DNA from: Dictyostelium discoideum
Taxonomy: Eukaryota
Direction of reading: 5' to 3'
NCBI GenBank assembly: GCA_000004695.1
Contig: CM000151.3
Location: 1,472,001-1,536,000, forward strand
Length of the DNA stretch: 64,000 nucleotides
The notes below the pieces were generated by a model that worked only from the letters and a program-made list of their open reading frames with translations, had not been told where the DNA came from and did not search any database. Shown here one piece after another: positions 43,537 to 57,991 of this stretch (position 1 is the first letter of the stretch; each line of letters opens with the position of its first letter). A program made the translations under genes and the position numbers.

Positions 43537-46014
43537 ATGAAACAATCCATATCAAATTATCAATTAGCAAATATGGCATCACCATTCCCAACCAAAGGAC
43601 CATTATATAATTTATCAGGAAAATATAAAGATCTAAGTTTTAATCAAGTACACGAAAATGATGAAGCTAGAATTGTTATTGTAAGTTTATCATTATTATA
43701 TTTATTTTTTAAAAAATTATTAATTTTTTTTTTTTTTTAAAAAAATTAGTTAAATGAACCATCATTACCACAATGGATGGGTAGTATTCATCCAAATGGT
43801 TCATTATATGAAGAACCATTAGATTTATCAAAAGCAAAAGAAGAACATAAATTATTTAGAGAATTATTAGAGAAAGAAGGTTGTACAGTATTTACAGTTA
43901 GAGAGATATTGACAGGTAGTTATGATCAAACAAAGTCTGAGGATATTCAACATCGTGTGAAATTGGAGGATTTCGCATTCAATTCCATGCATTATGAATT
44001 GGATTCACAACAGAATGTTCAAGAGTTATCAACAGAGGATAAACTTTTAATTTCTGATCAATATAAAAAGAAATGTATCGAATGTATGAGTAATGAACAA
44101 TTGGTAGAGGTTATATTGACTAGACCAACCATACGTTTAAGAAAGAGTGAACGTGATACAGAGTTACTCTCTACAGAATATTCATTCAAGCCATTGGTTA
44201 ATTTAATCTTTCAAAGGGATCAACAAATTACCACTGCCGCTGGTATCGTGTTGGCTAGTCTAAGCTCACCAATTCGTGCACCCGAAGTGCAAGTCATGAA
44301 ATTGTGTTTCGAGATACTCGGTCTCCCAATCGTCGGTGAAATCCCCGAGCCTGGCAAATTGGAGGGTGGTGACTTTTACCCAGTGGGCAGAGACCTCTCG
44401 CTCATTGGTGTTGGTCTTAGAAGTAACTTTTACTCTGTTCAGTATATGATGGAAAACGATCTATTCGGGACAACTCGTGTGGCTGTGGTAAAGGATTATT
44501 TCGACCAAAATCAACAACGTATGCATTTGGACACCGTTTGCAATATCATTGATGAGCGTGTTATGTTGATCTTGGAGGATATCTGTGGCGAGGATTCCCC
44601 AATTCGTCGTTTGGTCGATGAGTATACTCGTGATGACGAGGGTAATTATCATTTGACAAGAAATGATGTAGAGTATTCTCAATACTTGAAAGAGGAAGGA
44701 TTCGATTTAATCTATGCTTCAAATCAAAATCAAAAAGATTATGGTTGCAATGGTTTAAACATTGGTAACGGTAAATTCATCGTTGTGGATAGAGCCACCG
44801 CTAAAACCATCGCTCGTTCAACCAAAACCAATAGTCAATTGTTATTTGTAGATTTCCGTACAGTCACTAAAATGTATGGTTCAGTACATTGTTGTTCTCA
44901 AGTAGTATCAAGATTCGATCGTCCAAGACCAGGTGGTTCATTACAACATTCACCATCAAGTGATAAATTATCACCACAAATAATTCGCCGTAATAGTAGG
45001 GACAGCAGCAGCGGTAGTGGTAGTGATCAAGATGAAGATGGTTCTGATAAATTTTTAATGATTTCACCAACTGATTTCGTAAAGGATAGAATTGGTATGA
45101 ATGCAAGTTTAATTCGTCAACAAAGACAATTGATTTTACAAGATTATTCAAAACTTCATAAACTTTTAGTAGATGCTGGTGTACGTGTACATTTATTCTG
45201 TCATGAACCATATCATCGTACTGATAAAGCTGTTTTCGTTGCAGACTGGTTTTCAACACATGATAGAGATGAAATTAAATCAACTGAAAAGAATACCTTG
45301 GTACTTTATCCACTCTCAAATCAATCAAGAAGAAGAGAAAGAAGAGCTGATATCCTTAAATTTGGTTTCCTTCCAAAGTATACTCGTGTTTTAGATTTTA
45401 CCCCATGTGAACAAGGTAAATTAGAATACAATGAAACAACAATTGAACAATTTATTAAAGATAGTAGTAGTTTAGATGAATCATCATCACCATCAATTAA
45501 TGGAGATGATGGTTACTTTATTGATTTTAGTGAAATCGTTTTAGATAGAGAACATAGATTAGCATATTGTTCTACAAAGAATGATCGTCAATCAAAATTC
45601 ATCGACCTTTGGGCAAGTGCTTTAGGTTATAAAGTCATTAAAATCAATTCAAAAGAGGCAGCAAATAAATTCATTTTCATTGGTTCTAAATTTGCTCTCT
45701 TTTGTCCAAATGCTTTAAGTTCAAAAGAACAATCAGAAGAGGTAATTCAAGCTTTACAAACTACCTCTGCTAAAAAAGTCATTGAAATCACTGAAGAACA
45801 AATGAATAATTCTTGCGCAAAGATTATTCAAGTTAAAGGTAATCAAAAAACTCATCTCTTAATGTCCGATAAAGTAATGAACTCTTTTACTTCTAATCAA
45901 TTAACTGAATTAAAATCCTATGTTGATCAATTATTACATGCCGATATGTCAAATTTAGAAAATATGGGTGCTCATAATGATGGTATGATTAGTATGTTGG
46001 GTAGATTAGTTTAA
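43537..46014 (+). CDS. Two-domain amidinotransferase-fold protein (arginine deiminase / DDAH-like superfamily). Exons 43537..43680 and 43750..46014.
   Basis: Exon 1 (..SFNQVHENDEARIVIV) and exon 2 (LNEPSLPQWMGSIHPNGSLYEEPLDLSKAKEEHKLFRELLEKEGCTVFTV..) together resemble the N-terminus of arginine deiminase/DDAH enzymes (..L..V.VH.P..E...L.P.....LF.D......A..EH..F...L...GV.V..L). The first domain ends with a candidate catalytic Cys in KMYGSVHCCSQV. A second similar half follows (..GVRVHLFCHEPYHRTDKAVFVADWF..). The intron is gtaagt..ag in phase 0. Confidence 0.55.
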
Positions 46015-46513
46015 ATTAAAAAATAATAATAATAAATCAAAATCAAAATCAAAATCAATCAAAATCAAAATCGAAATCAAAAATTATTAAAATAATAACT
46101 ATAATAATAATGAAAGTAATAATATTTTATAAAAATAAAAATAATTATAATGTTATAAAAAAAAAAAATAAAAAAAAAATATCTTTTTTTGGTAAAATTT
46201 TTTTTCTTTTTTTTTTTAATTTAAAATAATAATAATAATATTAATAATAATAAAATAATAAACAAAAATAGAAATAAGTAAATAAAAAAAAAAAAAAAAA
46301 AAAAAATTAAATAAATCATTCTGTGTGTGTGTATGTGTGTGTGTTTTTTTTATTTTATTATTTATTTTTTATTTTTATTTTTATTATTTTTTTTTTCCTT
46401 TTTTTTTTTTCCTTTTTTTTTTATTATCATTTATTTTTTCAAACAAAATTAAACACATCACACAACAAAAAAAAAAAAAGTTTATTTTCAAATTAAAACA
46501 AATAATTAAAAGA

Positions 46514-47610
46514 ATGACAGAAGATTATATAAGATTATTTAGTCAAACTGCAATTGCAGATTTAGATAAAAATACAATGGTATCAATAAAGAAATCAGAA
46601 GATGTTGAGAAATTGTTAAGTGTATTATATGAAAATTCTTTATCAAGTTTACCAGTTATTGATGGGGAAGGAAAGAGAGTTATTGGATTCGTTGATACAA
46701 ATGATGTTTTATCATTATTGGCCAAACTTAAATTATCAAGTGATTCAAGTGATGATGATATTCGTTTATATTCAATTGGTTTCTTGAATTCAAATGTTAA
46801 TAATATAATGGATGAAAAAAAGAAAGATCAATTCGTAGTAGTATTAGAAGAGCAAAGTTTATTTGAAGTTTTAAAACTTTATGCAAATGGTGTACATAGA
46901 TTAGCATTGTTGACGGTTTTCTCGGATATTGAAAATATAGTTTCTCAATCGAATGTTATCAAATTTTTAAATAATAATCTATCGGTTTTAGGTCAATTGG
47001 GTGATACTACAATTGGTAGTAGTTTAATTAAGCCTTTCTTACCATCAAAAGAATCTTTAATTACTACAAAATCATCAACATTAACAATAGATTCTTTTAA
47101 AATTATGAATACTCATAAATGTTCTGCAATTCCAGTTTTAGAAGATTCAACAAATAAAATCATTGGTACATTAAGTGTTAATGATTTATATGGCATTAAT
47201 CAATCAACAATTAAATTATTATTAAATCCAACTGGTGAATTTATTAATTTAGATAATTCAAAAATTAAATCAAATAAAAATGTAATTAATAATAAAATAA
47301 ATAATAATAATAATAATAATAAGATTATTTAAAAAATATTAACATTATATTTTTTTAATTATATATGTAGAAACCTAATCATCAAATAGTTTTAAAACTT
47401 AATAATACATTTAAAGAAGCAATTCAAATTATATCAAATAATAAAGTTCATAGAATTTGGATTGTTGATGATAATAATATTCCAATATCATTAATATCAT
47501 TAACTGATATTTGCAAAATTATTGTAGAAGCTCCTTATCTACTTGAAGATCAACAAACTAATAATAACCAAAGAAATAGCGATAATTCAACTACAAACCA
47601 AAATAAATAA
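46514..47610 (+). CDS. CBS-domain protein (AMPK-gamma-like architecture). Exons 46514..47281 and 47371..47610.
   Basis: There are repeated CBS signatures (..VSIKKSEDVEKLLSVLYENSLSSLPVIDGEGKRVIGFVDTNDVLSLL.., ..NGVHRLALL.., ..CSAIPVLEDSTNKIIGTLSVNDLYGI.., and in exon 2 ..FKEAIQIISNNKVHRIWIVDDNNIPISLISLTDICKII). The intron is aaaaat|gtaatt .. tatgtag| in phase 0, verified codon by codon to the stop at 47608-47610. The printed ORF start at 46325 is a (TG)n artefact; the real ATG is at 46514. Confidence 0.65.
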
Positions 47611-47823
47611 AATATAATAAAATAAAAAATAATAATAAAATAAATAAATAAATAAAATAGAAATATAAATATAAATATAAATATAAATTAAAACAAATTA
47701 GGTTTTATTTTTTTTTTTAATGTTCTTATTTATTTATTTATTTATTTATTTTTAAAAATAAGATAATATTATTTAATATTATTATATGTTTGTGTATTTT
47801 TAATAATACAATTATATAATATA

Positions 47824-47854
<31 letters not shown>

Positions 47855-48312
47855 TGAATTTGAAATATATATATAAGAGTATTTAAACACCATTATATAT
47901 AATTACATCCCTTCCCTTCTTTTTTTCTTTTTTCCTTTTTTTTTTTTTCTTTTTTCTTTTCTTCTTTTTCTTTTTTTCTTCATGTTCATTTTCTTTTAAA
48001 AGGAGAAGGTTGTTGAAATAGTTTTTATTATTGTTGTTCTTATCTACTATTTTATATGGTTTAATGTTAGAATGATAATTCATCATTCTCTTTAGTTTGT
48101 AAACCTAATTGCACAGAGGTGAGTTTAAATTTTAATCTAATTTCACTTAGTGTATTCATTATATTTTCATCATTAAAATCTAAATGATAATCTTCTAATA
48201 ATTTGGTTAATTTCTCTAAATTTTGAATTCCTCTATTTGAATAAAAAAAAAAAAAAAAAGTTAGTGTAAATTAAAAAAAAAAGAGACAGACTATTACTAT
48301 ATACAATAAACT

Positions 48313-48570
48313 TTACCTAACAGAGAATTTTAAATTATTTTTATTATTGTTATTATTATTATTATTATTATTATTTATAGATACTAAATGATTCCAAACT
48401 GTTACACATGATTGATAATAACCAATTTCTTGACCTAATTCAATACCCTTTTCAAATCCTAATTGATAACCTTCAACATAACCTAATCTTTTACCATCAT
48501 CAATACCTTGTTCTTTTGATGAAATATATGCATCTGATTCTACTGATAATAATTGATCAAATTCTTTCAT
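48313..48570 (-). CDS. Yae1-domain (deca-GX3 motif) protein, LTO1/ORAOV1-like. It possibly continues into a short second exon, complement(48172..48232).
   Basis: RLGYVEGYQLGFEKGIELGQEIGYYQS has seven Gly spaced every 4th residue, the Yae1_N/LTO1 signature. A donor ag|gtaaag at 48317/48316 and an acceptor tcaaatag| at 48233 would append RGIQNLEKLTKLLEDYHLRF* (phase 2). That extension is uncertain. Confidence 0.5.
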   Translation of the reverse strand: MKEFDQLLSVESDAYISSKEQGIDDGKRLGYVEGYQLGFEKGIELGQEIGYYQSCVTVWNHLVSINNNNNNNNNNNKNNLKFSVR

Positions 48571-48759
48571 TTTTTTTTTACTTATTTTTGGAGTTTTAAA
48601 TAATGAAAAAAAAAAAAAAAAAAAAATTTAAAAAAATCCCTCGTTTTTTTTTTTTTTACTTTTTTTTTTTTTATTTTTTTTTTTTTTTATTAAATAATCT
48701 TTACCACAAAATTTATAAATCTTTTTTTTTTTTTTATTTATTTTTTTAAAAAAAAAAAG

Positions 48760-49299
48760 ATGGAATCAATAAAGAGTAATAATAAAGGTACATGTTGGTT
48801 TGATTGGGATGAATGGAAGAATATTTATAATAAATTATATTCAACAGATGAAAATGAACAAAGAAAAGCAATAAAGAGATTATCAGCATGGAGAAGTAGA
48901 AATAAATTACCAATATCAATTGAAGTTACAGGATATTTTGTAGAATTAAATTTAAATAGAAATTGTAGATCACAAAATGAATTAGAATTAGGGTTATCAA
49001 TGGCAATATCACGTATGGTAAATGGATTTGTTGATTCAACACGTGATATCTTAAAATTAAATAAAATCAATATGTTTAAGAAAGCAAATGAAATTAATTT
49101 ACCAACTATGTTTGTTGATATTAGACATGAATCAAGTCATGGTAAATTACCACATTTACAATTACTAAAACCAATTTCAATCACTGCTTTAGATTGGTTA
49201 AATGATTACTATTGGAAACCACAATTAACTCATTTACATTCACATTTTCAAAAAATTCGTTCATTTTTAAATATTTATAAAATCCAATCAGAGTTTGTA

Positions 49300-49330
<31 letters not shown>

Positions 49331-50810
49331 TTAAAAAATAATTTAATAAAAATATTAATATTAATTAATATTTTTAAATAAATAAATATAGAGAAGATAA
49401 TGGATTTATAAGGTATATTGAAGAATCAATGGAATTATTTAATGATATTAGTTCAGATATTTTAGGTAATATAATGATACCAATTTTAATTGATGAAGAT
49501 TATTTAATTTCAAATGAATTTTTACCACAAACAAATTCATATGCACATATTCCAAGTCAATTGAAAAAAATATATCAACCACTTCTTCAATTCCTTCATT
49601 CGAAATATCCTCATTTCTTAATTATTATTCTTTATCTTTTAATTGATAGAATTTGTAAATTTAAATTTTTACCACCACAATCAAAAAAACAAAAATCAAC
49701 TCCAATTCCATTAAATGATAATCAAGTATGTATTAATTTAATTTAATTTAGTAGTAATAATAATAATTATAATAATTATAATTTATCAATAATATTGATT
49801 ATTAATCATTTTAATTTTATTTTTTATAAAAGATTATTGAAAGTAAAATTTCATTAATGACACATTGGACATTATATTTTTTACAAGAATTTAATATTAC
49901 AGTTAAAAAACAAGAAGGTTTAGTTAATTATAAAATCGATTTACCATATAGACATATATTAGAGAAATGTATTGAAAATATTCATTCAAAATATTGTCAA
50001 AAGATTTTAAATGTTGCAATGAAGAAAAATTTAGATGGAAGTAAAAGAGTATATACAACAGCAACAAATAAAAAAAAGAATAAATTAAATTCAGCAACTA
50101 TTTCAAATTTGGACTCAACTGATTTAGATTTAGATCCTGATGAAAAAATAAATGATTCTGGTGAACCTCAAATAAACTATTCAGTCGATCAAGTTTTATC
50201 AAATTTAAATAGTAATAATAATAGTAGTGATATTAAAAATTTATCAACATCAACTTCAACTTCAAAATCAACAAAGTGGAAATTGCAAAATCAATGGATT
50301 TCCTCACCAATTGGTGTATTACCACCTCCAAATGATCAAAATTCTTCAACTTTTGATTTGTTGGATGACTTGGATGATAATTTAGATCTTGGTAATTTCG
50401 TTGAAGTTTCTTCAGTAGATTATACCACTAAAGATCCATCATTACACAATAGTCAATCTTTATTTTCAAAAATTAAAAATATATATCCAAATTTAAATAA
50501 GAATTCAATCATAAGAAAAGAATTTGTAAATGAAATTAAAAATGAAAAAGAAAATGAAAAAGAAAAAGAAAATAAAAATGAAAAAGAAAATAAAAATGAA
50601 AATGAAAATGAAAAGAATAAAGATGAAAATGAAAACAACAAAGATGAAAATGAAAAGAATGAAGAAGATGATGATGTAATTGAAATACCCCAACCAATTT
50701 TAAAAAAACAAAAAACCTCAACAACTTCAAGTGTTCCAAAAAAAAACCAACAAAAAGGAAAAACAAAAGGAAAAAGTAATGCTTTAGATGACTTTTTATT
50801 TTGGAAATAA
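48760..50810 (+). CDS. Las1-like pre-rRNA processing protein. Three exons, 48760..49292, 49392..49725, 49833..50810.
   Basis: The N-terminal Las1 signatures are W.DW.EW (CWFDWDEWKNIY), ..AIKRLSAWRSRNKLPISIEVTGYFVEL.. and the HEASH-type motif DIRHESSHGKLPHLQLLKPISITALDWLNDYYW. Splice junctions are ga|gtttgt..atag| (phase 2) and caa|gtatgt..aaaag| (phase 0). The total CDS is 1845 nt and in frame. The acidic KENE-repeat C-terminus is typical of Las1L proteins. Confidence 0.65.
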
Positions 50811-50911
50811 ATAAATAAATAAAAATAAAAAGGATTTGATCTTTTTTGTTTTAATATTACATTTATTATTATTTTATATTATTTATTTTTTTTTTTATTT
50901 TTTTTTTTTAA

Positions 50912-52243
50912 TTAAAATAATCTTGGATCATTTTTTCTTTCCCAAACAGGGTAACGATTACGATTACAATTATAAAACCATGGTAAAATAGCGACTTCTT
51001 TTTTAAAGAAATCATCCATTGTGCTAATATCTTGAATTTTATAAGCGTGGTCAGATTTTGTTTCTAATAAACGAAGTTCTAATTTTTGAATATTTCCATT
51101 TTGAATGTCATCTGAAAAATTTTTAACATGAGTTTCATTTTTGATACCACATTCAGTACATGATAAATATTTCACCATTTGGAATGGTAAATAACCATAA
51201 TGAGTCATATGCATTCCACCCAGCATATAGTGACCCGAAGTACCACGATTTCTAGATGGTGCTTTAGTTGTTGATTTTGCTCTTTTCAATGTATAAAAAG
51301 TCGGATCACCAAGTGTATATGGATTATTTGGTACTGAATAAAAAGGTTTAAAAACTTGATTAATTGGACCATACGGGAACCAAATACCAATATCAACAAT
51401 ATCAACACTTTTTCTAAATTGGCAATTCTTTAAATAATGTAAATTAATTCTTGCACTGATTTCATCGGTATCGCCAAACCCAATAATATCATCATCACCA
51501 TATTGGTTTGTTCTCTCATTCCAGTATAAAAACTTTTGCCAACGACGAGTTTCCTGATAACTTTCTGCATCGAATAAACCTTTACCATTCTCTTCATCAG
51601 TATCATCTAAAATTAAATGTACAACTTTATCTTGAAATTTAATGAAACGATCTTGAAATTTAACATGTTCCCAAATCAATGGTTTTTTCATTTTATGATA
51701 ATGTGTTACTGTTGATTCGAGAATAAAGAAATGGTCAATAACATCATATAATTCATTTAAATGAACTTCTAAAACATCAATATCGAAACCAATTTGTACC
51801 ATGTGTCCGATTTTAACAGGTTTATCACGTTTACCTGAGAATACTCTTGGATATTTCCCACAAACAGAATTATTAATAATTGGTAAAGGTTCAGGTTTAC
51901 ATGATTCATTAATTGGCACTAATGGCGGTTCAATTAAATAGTTTGATAATGTTAAAATCAACATTTGTGAATATTTATCTGTATTTTCAGTTTTACCAGT
52001 TCTTGCTGCTGCTTTAAAATCCTCCCATGGGAAATTATTCATGTCCTGTGTAAAATTCTTTCCTCTAAATTCATAATCTATATTATAATTTGATACTTGT
52101 TGTTTGTTATTTGATAAGTGATATATATTTTCTGTTTGGTAAACTTTTATAGATTGAGATAGATTTGGTAACAAATAAATCGTGTAGGTCGCCACAAAAA
52201 TTAGACCAATTAAAACAACAATCCTTGCAATTGTGTTGTTCAT
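50912..52243 (-). CDS. GT17-family glycosyltransferase (GnT-III / bisecting GlcNAc-transferase-like), type II membrane protein. Paralog 1 of 4, with a short stem and no PT repeats.
   Basis: The N-terminal signal anchor is MNNTIARIVVLIGLIFVATYTIYLL. The conserved catalytic region (..PVKIGHMVQIGFDIDVLEVHLNELYDVIDHFFILESTVTHYHKMKKPLIWEHVKF..VVHLILDDTDEENGK..DIIGFGDTDEISARINLHYLKNCQ..) parallels the mammalian MGAT3 core (INAINVNHEFDLLDVRFHELGDVVDAFVVCESNFTAYGEPRPLKF..DDVFIIDDADEIPAR). Confidence 0.7.
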   Translation of the reverse strand: MNNTIARIVVLIGLIFVATYTIYLLPNLSQSIKVYQTENIYHLSNNKQQVSNYNIDYEFRGKNFTQDMNNFPWEDFKAAARTGKTENTDKYSQMLILTLSNYLIEPPLVPINESCKPEPLPIINNSVCGKYPRVFSGKRDKPVKIGHMVQIGFDIDVLEVHLNELYDVIDHFFILESTVTHYHKMKKPLIWEHVKFQDRFIKFQDKVVHLILDDTDEENGKGLFDAESYQETRRWQKFLYWNERTNQYGDDDIIGFGDTDEISARINLHYLKNCQFRKSVDIVDIGIWFPYGPINQVFKPFYSVPNNPYTLGDPTFYTLKRAKSTTKAPSRNRGTSGHYMLGGMHMTHYGYLPFQMVKYLSCTECGIKNETHVKNFSDDIQNGNIQKLELRLLETKSDHAYKIQDISTMDDFFKKEVAILPWFYNCNRNRYPVWERKNDPRLF

Positions 52244-52937
52244 TATATTTTTTTTTTTTTTTTTTCTTTTTATTTTTATTTTTTTTTTTTTTTTTTCATA
52301 AAAAATAATTAAAATTTAAAAAAAATGCTATTTATATATATATATATAGATACCGAGATTTTTAAAAAACCAAAAATTTTACCACACTAAAACAATCGGA
52401 CTATTTCCAATTTTTTTTATTTATTTAATTTTTTAAATGATTAAAAAAAATTTTTTTTCCAATTTGCAAGAAAAACATTCACACTAAATTTCATAAAACA
52501 AAAAAACACTTTTTTTTTTTCTTTTTTTTTTTCTTTTTTTTTTTTATTTCTCCTTCAACTATTCACCAAAAAAAAAAAAAAAAACAAATTAAAAATCCAA
52601 AATATCTTGATGATGAGGGGGAATTTTTTTTTTTTTTTTCTTTTTTTTTTTTTATGAAATTCAAAAAAAAAAAAATAAATAAAAAATAAAAAATCGAACG
52701 AGTTCTTTGAAAACTGGTCCAAGTGTCTTTTGAAAGTGACTTTAAAATTCGAAAGGGTGGTTTTCACCAAGAGGCATTCAAAAATTATTGCTATTGTTTT
52801 TTTTTTTTTTTTTTCAAACCATTTCATACATCTTAAACGATTGTTGTTTTTTTTTTATCAAACCATTTCATACATCTTAAACGATTATTGTTTTTTTTTT
52901 ATTTTTTTTTATTTTTTATTTATTTATTTATTATATT

Positions 52938-54871
<1,934 letters not shown>

Positions 54872-54893
54872 TTTTTAAAAAATGGATCCTAAT

Positions 54894-54934
<41 letters not shown>

Positions 54935-55026
54935 AATAAGTTTTTTTTTTTTAATTATTATAATTAATATTTATAGTTTTGCATATATATATTATTCTGT
55001 ATTGACATTTACAAGAATTTCGCTTT

Positions 55027-55057
<31 letters not shown>

Positions 55058-55798
55058 TAAAATTATCCATATAAAAATATAAAAAAAATATAAAATATAA
55101 AAAAAAAACCTTTATGAAAAAAAAAGGTTAGAGGAAGTCCTAGATAAATAAAAAAAAAAAAAATTTCTGCGAAAGGAAGAAAAAAAATAAAAATAATAAT
55201 AATAAAAAAAAATTAAATTAAAAAGTAGTTAAAAATTTTGGTGCCAAAGGATGTACAAAAAATCCAAAATGTAAAGAACTCTTTTTTTAGATTTTTTTTT
55301 TTCCGTTTTTTTTATAAAATATTATTTTTTTTAATTATTTTTTTATTTTCGTGCATTAAAATTTTAATTCTTTTAATCGTGCATGCCTTGTCAGTCTGTC
55401 AAAAAAAAAATTTTTTTTTTTTTTTCGCCATGATGACATTTTAAAATTAAAAAAAAAAAAAAAAAGAAATTTGAATTGGAACTGGTAATTTGAAAAAAAT
55501 ATATATATTTTTTTTTTTACACATATATTCCCAAATTTATTTTATTTAGTTTTGTAAATGTAAAATTATATCTTTATTAACTAAAAAAATAATAATAATA
55601 ATAATAATAAATAAATTGAATTGAAACATTAAAAAAATTAAAAATTAATTATTCGCATAATGAAAAAAGAGGTTATGTGAAAATTTTGAAAAAAAAAAAA
55701 AATATCTGGTTCAAGTTGATTTTTTTTTTTGATTGAAAATTTGGTTATTTTTATTCTTTACTTTTAAAAATAAAAAAAGAAAAAGAATTTGTCAAATG

Positions 55799-55832
<34 letters not shown>

Positions 55833-56021
55833 ATATTTATTCTTTTTATTTTTCTCATTTTTCCACCTTTTTTTTTTTTTTAAAATCTTTTTTTTTTATT
55901 AATACACTATTTTGGTCATAATTTTTTTTTTTTATTTGAAAATTTAAAGAAAAATTAAAAAAAATTTAAAAAAAAAAAAAAATTAAATATAATTCTAAAA
56001 CTGTTGCTTGGATTTAAAATT

Positions 56022-57485
56022 TTAAAATAATCTTGGATCATTTTTTCTTTCCCAAACAGGGTAACGATTACGATTACAATTATAAAACCATGGTAAAATT
56101 GCGACTTCTTTTTTAAAGAAATCATCCATACTACTTAATTTTGAAATTTTATGAACATGATCAGATTTTGTTTTTCCTAGACGAAGTTCTAATTCTTGGA
56201 TTTTACCATTTAGAATATCATCTGAAAAATTTGTAATTTGATCCTCTCTTGTTATACCACATTCAGTACATGATAAATATTTCACCATTTGGAATGGTAA
56301 ATAACCATAATGAGACATATGCATTCCACCCAACATATAGTGACCTGAGGTACCACGATTTCTAGATGGTGGGTCAGATTTTGGTTTTGCTTTTGCCTTT
56401 TTCAATGTGTAATAAGTTGGATCACCGAGTGTGTATGGATTGCCTGGTACTGGGTAACCCGGTCTGAAGACTTGGTCAATTGGACCGTACGGGAACCAAA
56501 CGCCAATATCTACAGCATAGATATCTTTAATTTGACAATTCTTTAATAAATGTAAATTAATTCTTGCACTGATCTCATCGGTATCGCCAAACCCGATAAT
56601 GTCCTCATCACCATATAGATTCGTTCTTTTATTCCAGTCTAAGAATTTCTCCCAACGACGGGTTTCCTGATACCTTTCAGCATCAAACATATCTTTACCA
56701 TTCTCTTCATCAGTATCATCTAAAATCAAATGCACCACTTTATCTTGAAATTTAATGAAACGATCTTGAAATTTAACATGTTCCCAAATCAATGGTTTCA
56801 ACATCCTATGATAATGTGTTACTGTTGACTCTATTATAAAGAAATGATCTACAATATCGTATAACTCATTTAAATGAATTTCTAAAACATCAACATCGAA
56901 ACCAATTTGTACCAAGTGTCCGATTTTAACAGGTTTATCACGTTTACCTGAGAATACCTCTGGATATTTCCCACAAACATCATCACTAGGAGTTGGTAAT
57001 GGTTCAGGTTTACATGATTCATTAATTGGTACTAATGGTGGCTCAATCAAATATTTTGCTAATGTTAAAATCAACATTTGTGAATATTTATCTGTATTTT
57101 CAGTTTTACCAGTTCTTGCTGCTGCTTTAAATTCCTCCCATGGGAAGTTTTTCATATCAAGTGGGAAATCTCTTTCATGACCTAAATCTCCAACTATAAT
57201 TTTTTTTGTTTGTTCTGGTGTTGTTGTTAGTGCTGGTGTTGTTGTTGGTTTTGGTGTTTGAGTTTCTGTTGGAGTTTCTGTTGGAGTTTCTGTTGGAGTT
57301 TCTGTTGGAGTTTCTGTTGGTGTTTGGGTTTGTATTTGTGTTTGTGTTGGTGTTGGTGTATGAATTATATCTGTTTTTGAATAATTGTTTGTGGGTTGAC
57401 TGTAACTTGGTAATAAATATACAATAGATGCTAAAATAGTAATGCCAACTAAAACAAAAACCCACAGACGTGTACTGTTTAACAT
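56022..57485 (-). CDS. GT17-family glycosyltransferase paralog 2. Its stem contains a (PTET)n/(TQT)n mucin-like repeat.
   Basis: The likely start is the internal Met (MLNSTRLWVFVLVGITILASIVYLL); the printed ORF extends 8 codons upstream. The stem PTPTQTQIQTQTPTETPTETPTETPTETPTETQTPKPTTTP is encoded by near-perfect 12-nt repeats at ~57230-57330. The conserved GT17 core is as in the other paralogs. Confidence 0.7.
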   Translation of the reverse strand: MLNSTRLWVFVLVGITILASIVYLLPSYSQPTNNYSKTDIIHTPTPTQTQIQTQTPTETPTETPTETPTETPTETQTPKPTTTPALTTTPEQTKKIIVGDLGHERDFPLDMKNFPWEEFKAAARTGKTENTDKYSQMLILTLAKYLIEPPLVPINESCKPEPLPTPSDDVCGKYPEVFSGKRDKPVKIGHLVQIGFDVDVLEIHLNELYDIVDHFFIIESTVTHYHRMLKPLIWEHVKFQDRFIKFQDKVVHLILDDTDEENGKDMFDAERYQETRRWEKFLDWNKRTNLYGDEDIIGFGDTDEISARINLHLLKNCQIKDIYAVDIGVWFPYGPIDQVFRPGYPVPGNPYTLGDPTYYTLKKAKAKPKSDPPSRNRGTSGHYMLGGMHMSHYGYLPFQMVKYLSCTECGITREDQITNFSDDILNGKIQELELRLGKTKSDHVHKISKLSSMDDFFKKEVAILPWFYNCNRNRYPVWERKNDPRLF

Positions 57486-57991
57486 TTTTCTTTTCTTAAT
57501 ATTACACAATTTATAAAGTTTGTTTTTTTTTTTTTAATTTATTATTATTATTATATTATTATTATTATTATTATTATTTTAATATATACCTATTTATTTT
57601 TAATGAAATTATTTTTTATGTGAGAAATTTTAAACACTTTTTTTCAACCTTTTTTTCAAACTTTTTTTTATTTCGCCCAACTGTTTTTTTTTTTTTTGTG
57701 CACTGTAAATTTTGCCAAGTTGTCAAAAAAAAAAATCTGAAAAAAAAAAAAAAAAAAAAAATTAAATAAAAAAAACCTAAAACCAAATAATTAAAAAAAA
57801 AAAACTAAAAACAAGCACATTGGTTTTGGTTTATATATTTATTAGTTTTACATTTATTAGTTAACAAGTTTTGACAATTATTAATAATTTAACGCTTATT
57901 TCCAATTAAAAATTTTTTCTTTTTTTCTTTTTTTTTTTTTTTTTTTTTCTTTTCTTTTTTTTTTTTTATATTATTAGATTATTATTAAATT

